A stretch of DNA of 64,000 bases, taken from contig OX597817.1 in NCBI GenBank assembly GCA_951406725.2, positions 78,926,001-78,990,000 on the forward strand, read 5' to 3'. A model generated the notes under the pieces. That model did not search any database. It was not told the origin of the DNA and saw only the letters and a program-made list of their open reading frames with translations. The position numbers and the translations under genes are program-made. This document shows, piece after piece, positions 52,330 through 64,000 of the stretch. This stretch comes from Octopus vulgaris (Eukaryota). Position 1 is the stretch's first letter, and every line of letters starts with the position of its first letter.

Positions 52330-52850
52330 TAATGTTATATTCAGGAATGATCATTTTGCCAATAAACACATGCACTATTTATTTGATTTTTCACTTTACC
52401 TTTATTATTATTAACTATTGTTTATTTGTTAGGGTTCTTTTGTCACACATTCTATGAAACCTTCAATGACTATCTGTTCTTCTTCTCTGTGTCTCCTTTT
52501 CTCTTAGGCCTTGTTCTGTTCATTCCATCTTATCTTTCTTTGGTATGTATCTCTATTTTCACATGCATTTGCTTCTGTGTCTCTGTGTGTGTCTATATGT
52601 TTAGCATCTATATATGTGTATCTTGCATGCATATGTATAGATTTGTATATAACATTGTTATATATCTGCATGAACAGATAGAGATACATTCCACAGAAAG
52701 ATAAAATGAAATAGAGAAGACATGAGGAGACATGGAGAAGAACAGAGTCAGTTAAGGGTTCACAAAATGTGTGACGAAAGAACTCTGATAAATAAACAAA
52801 ACCTGTTTCAACACACAATTTCCCATCAAGAATCTCGCAAAACAAATACA
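52330..52850. mobile_element. Two inverted, decayed copies of the 18965 pLTR-like family
   Basis: 52330-52500 matches the left arm; 52715-52850 is in the opposite orientation, containing gtgtgacgaaagaactctga. Confidence 0.6.
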
Positions 52851-54439
52851 TAAACTTAATAATAATCAGTCATTTAATTAAACTAATGGCTAGTTTCAAC
52901 ATTCAGTTGGATACATATCTTTGAAGGGAAGTAATTCTACATGACATTTAGTCTTCATGTAACTACACATATACTTATGGACACATAATTATATTTTAAC
53001 CCTTCTGATATCAACGCACCTAAGGCTGCTGTTGGTTCTATGATACAAACCTTATGTTTTAAGCTGATCTCTATGAAAACCTGCCACCAAAATTCCATAT
53101 TAATTAATATTCCAATCACAAGCTTAATAATAACCAAGATATTTTACCTCAAAGTAGATAAAGCTATAAATAATAATATGTCAATATTGGGTTAAAATTC
53201 CTTTTATATAGAAAAATTCAAAGGCAGTTTGTGAAGCCAGTTATTTTGACAAGAGGTATAGGCTTGTGCACCATGGGAAGCCTACTACATTTTTTATCCA
53301 AAAGCATCTTCAAACCAAATATTTACATGCTATTTATTTATAGCTTATCTGCTTCAAGATCCAACATTCCAGAAAGAATTATTGCATATTCTCTTGAAGT
53401 TTATAAATTCTTATGACCTTAACAATAACTAAGTTATTTTACTAAATTTATTATTATTATCAAAATTAATTGAAATAGAGGCAATGTATCTCAAAAGAAA
53501 AATGGTATCAAAGGGGTTAAAAAGCATATTAAAAATTCAAAGAATGAAAAATTAAAAATTAGCAATTGAAAATCCTATAAAAGAAGACTTGAGTTTGGCA
53601 AGCTGCTTAACTAAAGTGAAGGGCAGCACTGTGCTAAAGAAGAGGAAAATTATTGTGCAGAAAGACAGGCCATCTTTTCTAAATCTCTGATGAGAATTAC
53701 TTTCTGCAGCAAGAAAATCATCTGAATCATTTGGTATCAAAAAAAAAAAAAATAACAGAAGTAGAAGGATTTAAAGAAATAATCCAGATTGTTGCAGCCT
53801 GTTCTTTTGAACAGTTCACAAAATATTACAACACTTGTAAAAAGGTAATGGTTCACCCCTTTAAAATGGTTCAGCATCCTTTAGAATAAGCTGATACATG
53901 CTTACAATGTCTTTCAGCTCATGGAAAAACTCAATCAGCGCTTCTCTGATATGGTTCATTTTCCCATTTAGATTTTTTGCATTCTCTCCTGATGACCCAA
54001 TAAACTTGCTAGCATCTGGTATGCAGAGATTTCAACTAGTAGCACTTGCATACTCTTTACTCTTTTAGTTGTTTCAGTCATTTGACTGTGGCCATGCTGG
54101 AGTACCACCTTTAGTCGAGCATTCATCTCCTGGTCCGTAGAAATATACAAACATACAATTTCCTCAACAATAAGCTCTTGATGCAAAACATTTCAAAATC
54201 CATTGAAGAGAAAAGATTAGGTGACAATACTCTTCAAGAAAACGGCAAGCCTCACTTTACATCTAGACCACTTTAATTTCAGCATTAAATATTATACTTA
54301 GCATCTGTAGTTGTGGAGTGATTACTCCAAAACTCTTTTAACATCAAATCACTAAACAAAGTCACTTCAAAACTAACCCTGATTAGATGGATTGTATAAA
54401 CTTTCTTAAAACATTCTATGACTTGCTGAACCATAAACT

Positions 54440-54720
54440 GTTGAAGAAAAACTGAAAGAAGCCCGTCATATATATGTATATATATATATATATGTATATA
54501 TGTGTGTGTGTATATGTTTGTGTGTCTGTGTTTGTCCCCCTAACATCACTTAATAACTGATGTTGGTGTGCTTACGTCCCCGTAACTTAGCAGTTTAGCA
54601 AAAGAGACTGATAGAATAAGTGCTAGGCTTACAAGGAATAAGTCCTGGGGTCGATTTGCTCGACTAAAGGCGGTGCTCCAGCATGGCCACAGTCAAATGA
54701 CTGAAACAAGAGTAAAGAGT
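54440..54720 (+). mobile_element. SINE family B, 3' two-thirds
   Basis: aaactgaaagaagcccgtc...ggcggtgctccagcatggccacagtcaaatgactgaaacaagagtaaagag. Confidence 0.85.
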
Positions 54721-55624
54721 ATACTATGGATAACCTTGTTTTCATATGGATATCTGATCAAATTATAGACACAGTAAGGCATTACTTTTCCTTTAAAGTC
54801 ACATTACTTGATAATGTAAAACACTCATCAGGTATCTAATATACTCATTGTATCAGCTCTAGGTTTTGTCTAATTTTTCATTAACAAATAGCAAGCAAGT
54901 TAATTTAGCTAACACTAATACACCTCCATATGACTATAGGTGGAATTATAAATCAAAGACATTGATTCCTAGGAAGAAATTCAATATTCATTCTCAAATT
55001 ATTTATACATCACATTAGATGAGAAGAGTGAGTTGCGCAACTACCCAAAAATTCTGATGAGTTGAAGGTCATTCAGTGAAGATGTCGTTGAACTGAAGAT
55101 CCATACATTTTTAATTAGTTGCAAAAATAAAATTCAAAAATGAAGTAGAAAAAAACATCTTAATAAAAATTATATATATTTAATAAGCCTGCAGATATTG
55201 GAGTGCACTTAAGCAAGTATTAGTGCAGTTGTTGATGGCATTTAACAATGTAAATCGGAAGTGTCTAGAATATCAGGAAAAATGTCACCAGTTTGCTAAG
55301 AAGATGCCTTCTCATAGAAAATCTTATTCATTGGTTTATCAATAAGCACACATATAAGCAATAAGCAAATAAGTAATAAATAGGTATGAACGTACATATG
55401 TATATATTTATGCTTGTATGTATGTGCATATACTGTACACACACACACATACATATGTAGGCATATATAATATATATATATGAATACATTTATACATGAA
55501 TACATTTACACACAAGCAGACTCCCTAACACATATATGTAAATATGTACACATATGTTTATATGTATGTATATATATATATGCATATATACATGTATGTA
55601 TATATATATATATACATACACATG

Positions 55625-55687
<63 letters not shown>

Positions 55688-55690
55688 CAC

Positions 55691-55725
<35 letters not shown>

Positions 55726-55782
55726 CACATGTATATATATATATATACATACACATATATATATATATATATATACACATGT

Positions 55783-56162
55783 GGAGGTGCAATGGCCCAG
55801 TGGTTAGGGCAGCGGACTTGCAGTCATAGGAGCATGGTTTCGATTCCCAGACTGGGTGTTGTGAGTGCTTATTGAGTGAAAGCACCTGAAGTTCCATGAG
55901 GCTCTGGCAGGGGATGGTGGCAAACCCTGCTGTACTCTTTCACCACAACTTTCTCTCACTCTCTATTCCTGTTTCTGTTGTGCCTGTAATTCAAAGGGCT
56001 AGCCTTGTCACTCTCTCTGTCACGCTGAATATCCCCAATAACGTTAAGGGTACATGACTCTGTGGAGTACTCAGCCACTTGCATGTTAATTTCATGAGCA
56101 GGTTGTTCTGTTGATCAGATCAACTGGAACCCTTGTCGTCGTAAGCGATGGAATGCCAACAA
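55783..56162 (+). mobile_element. tRNA-derived SINE, family C, long form
   Basis: ggaggtgcaatggcccagtggttagggcagcggac...ggtttcgattcccagac; 3' body as in 7549-7740. Confidence 0.85.
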
Positions 56163-56526
56163 CAATATACATGCACATATTTCATTAACATCTGAAGAAT
56201 CTTGAATCGAAATTCTGAATTCTAACATTCCAAATGCTCAAATGTGTGTATCTGGAAGCAACATGAAAATGTATGAACAAAAGTTTTCACAAAAATATTG
56301 AAATATGAATAGTTAAAAGCACATCAAAATTTGATTGGTCAGCTAGACTACTCAAAGATATACAATTCCAGCAGACAAATAGAAAAGGGAGGTGTAGAAC
56401 CCACACCTGGTTGGCCAGCTTGGGGCTGTAGTAGAAGACACTTGTCCAAGGACTGAACTTAGAACCAAGTTGTTGGGAACCAAGCTTCTTACTACACAGC
56501 CACCCCAGTATATATATATATATACT

Positions 56527-56670
56527 GTTGGCATTAGGAAGGGCATCCAGCAGTAGAAACACTGCCAGATCAGACTGGAGCCTGGTGCAGCCTCCTGGCT
56601 TCCCAGACCCTGGTCAAACAGTCCAACCCGTGCTAGCATGGATAATGGACGTTAAACGATGATGATGATG
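56527..56670 (+). mobile_element. RTE 3'UTR terminal fragment
   Basis: gttggcattaggaagggcatccagc...ggacgttaaac(gat)n. Confidence 0.85.
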
Positions 56671-57592
56671 AATGTACATATCTATCTCACAGTCTATCTC
56701 CCACTCCTTCTCTTTCTCCTCCTCTCTCTCCCCTGTGTGTGTATTGATGGATTTATGTTTGGATGTATGTATTCAATGCATGAATAATTGAATAGAAAAT
56801 ACTACTTATAAAAACATTATAGTTACATAATGTCGCAAAGGTTAGAGATTAGCATTGTGATGACACAATAGATTAACCTGTTTTATACATGACTGATATG
56901 ATTGACTGATGAAGCAAAGATTTATAATTCACAGAATAACAAGTACTTGTTGAGATTTTTAAAAGAATAAATCAACGAAGCAAGCCAGCCCATAATGAAT
57001 GAGAATGACAACTTTAATATCATTTGTTCATATTATTTAACCCCAAGTCAACTTTTATTGAGCTTGCTAAAGACAGTTATATCATGTACATTTTTTTATT
57101 TTTATTATTATTTTTGTTGACTTTTTTGTTTTTGGAAATATTGTACTTGGGACAAAATTATGTAATGTCCTGTCTGAAGACATTACAATAAAGAATTAGC
57201 TGTTATTTCTAGCAAGCCAAAGACTCCTTTAAATAACACATTCCTTGGCTCATATGATGTGCATCGCAGGTCTGTATGGAATATATTAGTTACCATTCTT
57301 TTTTTCTACAAGACACATAATGTCTGAAATTTGCTAAGGAAAGGGCTAGCTGGTTATTACATTGACTGATATATATCTATCAACCCTAAAAGGATGAAAG
57401 GCAAAGTAGACCACAGCAGAATTTGAACTCAGAACATAAAGATGGACAAAATGATGGTTCACATTTTCTGCTAACAATTCTGCCAGCTTGACCCTCGGAA
57501 CATATCACACACACACTCACATATTGGCTGTACTACACTATTATTTGAAACCTCCTCTGATATGTAGCATTTTATGATGCTACTGCCCTCAT

Positions 57593-58400
57593 CTATGTTT
57601 CCTGCTGTGAAGTAGGCTCAGCTGCAATCCTTGACAGGAGGAGATCCAGTTTTGTTTTGAAGACACCTACATCAACACCATGCAGGTCTCTCAGGCATTT
57701 TGGAAGGATATTGAAGAGCTGTGGGACCCTGAAACACAAGGTGTTGCAGTATCTAGTCCTGTATTTTGATGGTGATGCTGTGATCTTTGGTACTATGCCT
57801 TCCAAGATTTTCCCAATGTATATCACTGCATATTTTCCTCCATATGTTCTAGGGAGAAGAGTTTTAACTCTTTCAGTCTTTCCCAGTAGCTGGTATGTTG
57901 TATTGAGATGATTTTCTTTGTGTAGCTTCATTGGATCACTTCGAGTTCTGCCATTAATTTTGTATTGTGTGGTGACCATAGTTGGGACCAGTAGTCCAAG
58001 TGGCTGAGGACATATGCCATCCAAAGGACCATCATTGTCTCATTTTCTCTCACTTTGAAAGTTTGGAGAATCCATCCAGCTAGTCGTCTGCATTTTATTA
58101 TCAAATTAATAATATGCACCTGGAAAGATGCATCATTGCGCATGCCAATGCCCAAGTCATGCACTGATTTTGGTTATGCGATTGCAGTTCCTCCTATGCC
58201 AGCGTATCCTGTTTGCATGTCGTTGAGCTTTGTGTACTGGTAGTGCAGGGCTTGGAATTTTCCTGCATTAAACTACATGTTGTTGTCCTCAGCCGACCTG
58301 TGTATTGTATCCAACTTCTGTTACAGATGTGCAATATTTCCTGGATTTTGTATTGTATGAGAGACTTTTTTGTTATATGTATATGCTCCCATTTCTAAAA
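57593..58400 (-). mobile_element. CR1-clade (Zenon-like) LINE ORF2 C-terminal remnant
   Basis: DLGI...HIINLIIKCRRLAGWILQTF...LDYWSQLWSP...LEVIQ and FNILPKCLRDL...FKTKLDLLLSRI, in shifted frames. Confidence 0.82.
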
Positions 58401-58739
58401 GCTGCAGGTGCTATTTTGCAATTTTCTTTATGAATTTTCACTTTTTGGTTTGAATTGCTATAGCCACCTATATTATAATGTATTTAATATATCATTATAT
58501 ATTAATTTACTAACATAATATATCATTATATATATATATATATATATAGTTGGAATTTACAGAAAACAAGATGAATACACGTGGGTAAACGACAAACAGG
58601 TGTATTAGTTTAATGCTTGGGAAGGTGAGAAAGTCTTTTATGCTTCAAGCCTAAGCTCTTCAACAGAAAGGATCATGAGAAAATAAACATAGAGAGAATA
58701 AAAAAGCTTTAGTAGCTAGCGGTCAATCATGTATATATG

Positions 58740-58950
58740 TGTATATGTTTGTGTGTCTGTGTTTGTCCTCCCACCATCGCTTGACAACTGATGTTGATAT
58801 GTTTACATCCCATCCCTGTAACTTAGTGGTTCAGCAAAGGAAACAATAGAATAAGTTCTAAGCTTACAAATAATAAGTCCTGGGGGCGGTTTCTTTGACT
58901 AAAAAGCAGTGCTCCAGCATGGCCGCAGTCAAATGGCAAACAAATAAAAG
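58740..58950 (+). mobile_element. SINE family B, 3' half
   Basis: ccaccatcgcttgacaactgatg...gctccagcatggccgcagtcaaatg. Confidence 0.8.
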
Positions 58951-60702
58951 ATTGCATATATCTATCTGTCTATGTGTGTGTGTATGTGTATGTGCATGTG
59001 TGTGTGTGAATGTAAATAGATAGATATAGATATTGGTATAGATAGATAGATATATTATATATATATATATATATATGTATGTACATAGGTATATGTATAG
59101 GTGTGTGTGTGTGTATAGGTATGTGTATACATGAATGTGTGCATGCTAGTATCTGTGTTTCACTAGTATTTGTAATTTTGATCTTTAGTAAGTTTTTTTA
59201 TTTTGTGAATATATTCGTTATTTAAGCTTATTTTTGCTATATTTTTGTAATTGAAAAATGAAGGAAAAAAACGACCGAAATAAATGAAAATCAATGCATT
59301 TCTACTTTATTTTATTGGAATCTATTCCATTGCTTGAAGAGGCCAATTTATCCATATCTCGCATTCTATCCCTTCTTTCTCATTCTCCTTCTCTGTCTGA
59401 CTGTCTGTCTGTCTGTCTCTCTCTCTCTTTCTTGCTGTTTCTCTGTCTATGTATATCCAGACTGAACACCTTACACATATCACATATATGCTACTCTGAA
59501 TTTGGATACATACACAAAAGCACAAAGACATACACATGCACACAGCAAACACAAACACACACACACGTATTTCTCCCAAATCCCAAATACATACATAGAT
59601 GACTAACACACAACATAGATAGACGTACACAAACCAAAACTCCCATAAGCACACCGCAGATACACAGACATAACGGTGTTTGTAATTAAACCTCTGGCCA
59701 AATTCCAAATAAGAAAGGGTAAAAAATAAACAAATAAATAAATAAATAATAAAAAAAATTTTTGAATAAGGTAAAATGAAAAAAAAATAGAAAAAATTTT
59801 TTAACTTCCAAAAAAAAAAAAAAATGAAAGAAATCTGTGTTTGTTATTTGCTGACAACAACAAATATAAATGAAGGATAACTTTACGAAAGTAAAAAAGA
59901 GAAGAAACCTTCATGTGCATGCAAAAACACACACTCACACACACATACACACAAATACATCCATGCACACACATTTTCTCACTTACAGTTTAGTTTTTTG
60001 TGGGTTTTTTTCCATTTTTCTTTTTGTCTTGTTGTTAATGATTTTCATTGAAAATGGTTATATTGAAGAATTTGGCATCGAACGACTTTCTTGAGACTGT
60101 GGATTGATTCCTTTTGTTTTTGTTAATGTATTGTAACAGTGAAAGGGCAGTTTTAAAAACGGCGTATAGAGCCAAGTGCTGGGTGATAAATATATTATAG
60201 TATTTAAGTCTCGTGCCACTTTGATCCTAAGATCAAATTCCACTTGGGGTCAGCTTCGAGGTCTAATACAACCCAAACATGAATTGGCATAGTTGTTAGA
60301 GCAGCATATTGAATACCTTGTACTATTTGCTCTGAATATCTGTGCACTGAGATCAAATCTTACAAGGGTCAACTTTGCCTTTCATCTTTTTGAGTCGGTT
60401 AAATTGTTACTGAACCTGTTGAGTGGTTGTGTAGCTCAGAATTTTGCTTCACAGCTTCATGGTTCCATGTTCAATCTCACTGTGTGACACCTTGGGTGTG
60501 TGTCTTCTACTATAGCTCTAGGAATTTGCTAGTAGGTAGAAACTGAAAGAAGCCTGTCGTGTATACACACACACACATGCACATACATATATGTATGTAT
60601 ATATATGTTTATGTACACATGTATATATACATATATATACATACATATATGTTTATGTACGCATGTATATATACATATATATATACATACATATATATAC
60701 TT

Positions 60703-60747
<45 letters not shown>

Positions 60748-60818
60748 CATATATCGTTGGCGATTTTCTTTCTCCATCTTCCCTTCTTTGGACTTTTTCT
60801 ATATATCTGATAAAGAGG

Positions 60819-60852
<34 letters not shown>

Positions 60853-62858
60853 AATAAAAACTTACTTGGAGGATAAGAAACGACATATAATAACAATTTA
60901 ACAAATAAAACATATACATACATCCATATATGTACATACCTACATCTATATGTATGTATACATGCATATATATATATATATGAGTACAGGACACCACAAA
61001 TAAACGTAGAACACAACGAGAAACGAAAACATAAAAACAAACAAGGAAACAGAGAAACGAAAATATAAAAACAAACAAGGAAACGGACTTTTTTTAATAA
61101 CGAAAAAACAGAGTACAAGACAAACAATACAAGGAATATTCCCATTCATCAGCTGCCCCTGGTTCGACTCAATGTGTGTTTCAAAGGTAAGGGCAGAACA
61201 CGATCCAGCCGAAGCAGTCCTTCCTGCAAAATGAATTAAATAAAATTCTTTTGCAGAGGGGTAAAAAAAGAAAAAAAATGACAAGAACAGGACGTAAAAG
61301 CAATACAAATAAAAATACAGTACACATAAAGAATAAAAACAGGATAAGGAAACCAACATTGAGGGCTTTTTTAAGCCTAGACGGTGGAAAAATTCGCTGG
61401 AGTGCAATTCAGAAAATCGACTTGCTAGAGACAGAAGAAAATAGAATTTTTGATATATATATATATACATATATTATTGTGTCTGGGGAGAGTCATTCTC
61501 TTTTTGTGCCTTATTACTTAACACTGGTTCGATTGTGCCTTATTACTCACTGGTTTGATTTCCACTCATTTACTTATCTATTTTTTCTAAAATTTTCATT
61601 GTTTTGCTACCTCTTCAATAGCGGTACTCCAGCATGGCCAAAGTCAAATGACTGAAACAAGTAAAACAGTAAAAGAGATATGAAAGTTTCCACCTTTTGC
61701 TTTCTCTCGTTCTGCATATATACATATTTTGTATTTGATTTATTTAATATATTAAACGTTTGATGTGTCTAATTTGTTTATATGATGACTGTGTGGTTTG
61801 GGGTTCAGTCGTAGTGTGTGGTACTTTGAGCAAGCATCTTTTACAGGAGCCCTGAACCAGCCAAAGCATTGTGAGTGGATTTCTTAAATGAGAACTGAAA
61901 GGAGTCCATCGAATATATATGTGCATATGTGTGTATATGTGTATTCATATGTGCTTGTATGTGTGAGTGTATGTGTTTCTGTTTGTCTTTTGTAGCATCA
62001 TGTGGAAGTTGAAAATGATTATCACCATCATGCAATCAGTGTTGTTCATTTCCATTGTACTGCAAAAACATGTCTGGCCATGGGGAAATATAACCTTACT
62101 TGGAAACAGGTAAGAGGTAAGGAAACATAAATGACATCCAGCCATAGCAAAATTCAGCTTCAATAAATTCTGTTTGACCCATGTGTGCTAAGGAAAATGG
62201 ATGCTAGAACAATGATGTAAGATGCTCAGATCAGATTCCTTGCAGCATTCTTTTACAGCTTTCTTTGTTCTGTGTTAAATTCTACCTCAGTTCTTTCTGA
62301 ATTTATCTACTACTTCCACTCATAGTCAGTGATGCACATATCATTATCCATTTAGGGACATGCTCAACTGGTTACGGTCAAGCAATAGACAAGCAAATAT
62401 GTGGTATTGAGCAGAATATTTACAGAGTAAAAATAGAATGCTTTTGGCAGGCAGAGATACAAAATAAAAAAAAAGACAAAAAAACAAACAAACACTCAAA
62501 ACATGACTGAAACTGTAGAAGAATTCAAAGAGAAAAGGTAAAACAACAGAATGGACAAATGGAAAAAAATAAAAGTGCATTGCCAATTTATGAAACAAAT
62601 GAAAAATATTGGAAGTGAAGCCCACTGGCTTTGGTCTGAGAAACATCATCATCGTTTAACATCTGCTTTCCAGGCTCCAGTCTGATCTGGCATGGTTTCT
62701 ACTGCTGGGTGCCCTTTCTGACACCAATCACTCTGAGAGTATAGTGGATGTTTTTATGTGTGACTGGTACGAGGGCCGGTCTGGTGGTACTGGCATTGAC
62801 CATGCTTGAATGATGCTTTTTATGTGCCACCAGTATGGGAGCAAGTCAGGTGGCACTT

Positions 62859-63790
62859 GCTGCTCAGGAACAAATCTGCTAAAGGCAAAGATTGACAAAA
62901 CTTAGTCAAACAACGAATGTAGAATTTGCAGGAAAGGAGACGAAACCATCAATCACATTTTGAATGATTGCAGTACACTATCACAAAAGGAGTATAAGCG
63001 CAGACATGACTGTGTACGCAAAAGAGTGTAATTGGATGTTAGTCAAGTATGTGGCTTCAAAACAACAGAAAAATGATATGATCACCAACCAGAGGTTGTG
63101 ACAGAAAAAGGGAATTACTGGATATTGTGGGACATCACCATAAAGACTGCCCATACTGTTGTGGCAAGGAGATCAAACATGATTATAGAGGACAAAATAA
63201 ACAAACAGTGTATGTTCAAAGATGCTGCAATCCAATATGATGGCAGAGTTGATACCAAAGGAATTGAAAAACCTGAGAAATACCAGGAACTAGCCAGAGA
63301 GTTGATGAGCCTGTGGAAGATCAAGACAATGATTATTCCTGTAGTAATAGGTACACTAGGCACAACACACTAAGTGCTATCTAAAAGACTGAAAGAAAGT
63401 GGGATTGAAACACATTGTCAACCTCCAGAAAAGTACATCCTATACTTTTTACTCTTTTATTTGTTTCAGTCATTTGACTGTGGCCATGCTGGCATACCAC
63501 CTTTCATCGAGGAAATCAACCCCATGACTTATTCTTTGTAAGCCTAGTACTCTTTTTGCCGAACCACTAAGTTACAGGGACGTAAACACACCAGCATCAT
63601 TTGTCAAGCGATTTGGGGGGGAATAAACACAGACACACTCAAAGTTTTGGTCAGCCCGAGGTTATAGTAGAAGACACTTGCCCAAGGTGCTATGCAGAAG
63701 ACTGAACCCAGAACCATGTGTTTGGCAAGTAAGTTACTTACCACACAACCACTCCTAGAATCTTAAGAAAAATTCTTGAGATTTGAGGAG
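62859..63790 (+). mobile_element. R4/Dong-like LINE 3' part (CCHC knuckle plus restriction-like endonuclease), interrupted by a SINE
   Basis: AAQEQ; CRICRKGDETINHILNDC...YKRRHD; ILWDITIKT...RRSNMII...EKYQELARELMSLWK...IIPVVIGTLG; resumes as RILRK after 63757. Confidence 0.88.
63445..63756 (-). mobile_element. SINE family B inserted in the R4/Dong remnant
   Basis: Collinear with 19451-19869, with an internal deletion. Confidence 0.85.
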
Positions 63791-64000
63791 ACATACACTA
63801 GTGTAATAATAATAGTTTCAAATTTAGGCACAAAGCCAGCAACATTAAGAGAAAGGTTTAAGGGTTACTATTGGCCCCAGTCTTTTACTTTATTTTATAG
63901 GCCACAGAATGATTAAGTTGACCTCAGCAGGACTCGAAATCAGAGCATAAAGAGCCAGAAGAAATGTCACCTACTCGCTCACAATTCTGCTACTCCAGCG

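Noticed and set aside
53560-54400. Unique-looking sequence with short protein-like minus-strand stretches
   Set aside because: Stops interrupt the frames read, and no motif was recognised; tBLASTx would be needed.
55050-55090. CTGATGA-hairpin-GAAG hammerhead candidate
   Set aside because: GAAA core and stem III are absent, and stem I is weak.
58630-58672. Minus-strand hammerhead-like remnant
   Set aside because: Several core mismatches; not supportable from this copy alone.
61140-61192. Minus-strand GAAAC...GTC...CTGATGA, a possible type II hammerhead
   Set aside because: Stem I does not pair and stems II and III are mismatched.

Overview
AT-rich eukaryotic (metazoan) DNA. The repeat families and microsatellite load suggest an octopus or other cephalopod genome; this is an inference from recalled repeat families, not a database match. 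No host protein-coding gene, rRNA, true tRNA or CRISPR array could be supported. Most ORFs in the track are translations of (TA)n, (CA)n, (CAT)n, (AAT)n or (GA)n repeats. The window is a mosaic of microsatellites, tRNA-derived SINE families, decayed LINEs (RTE with an embedded PHD finger, CR1/Zenon-like, R4/Dong-like), Tc1/mariner-superfamily remnants and MITEs, and two Penelope-type GIY-YIG remnants. The main signal is a set of mutually unrelated, non-coding elements with ~330-550 bp units, lodged in (TA)n tracts. They are terminally redundant (about 1.1-1.3 units) and/or folded back into long palindromes, and carry minimal type-I hammerhead ribozyme motifs, one with a compensatory U3-A8 core. 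This fits a Penelope-pLTR/retrozyme-like system of self-cleaving, possibly circular, RNAs. All folds and coordinates were read by eye, and boundaries of old repeats are approximate.
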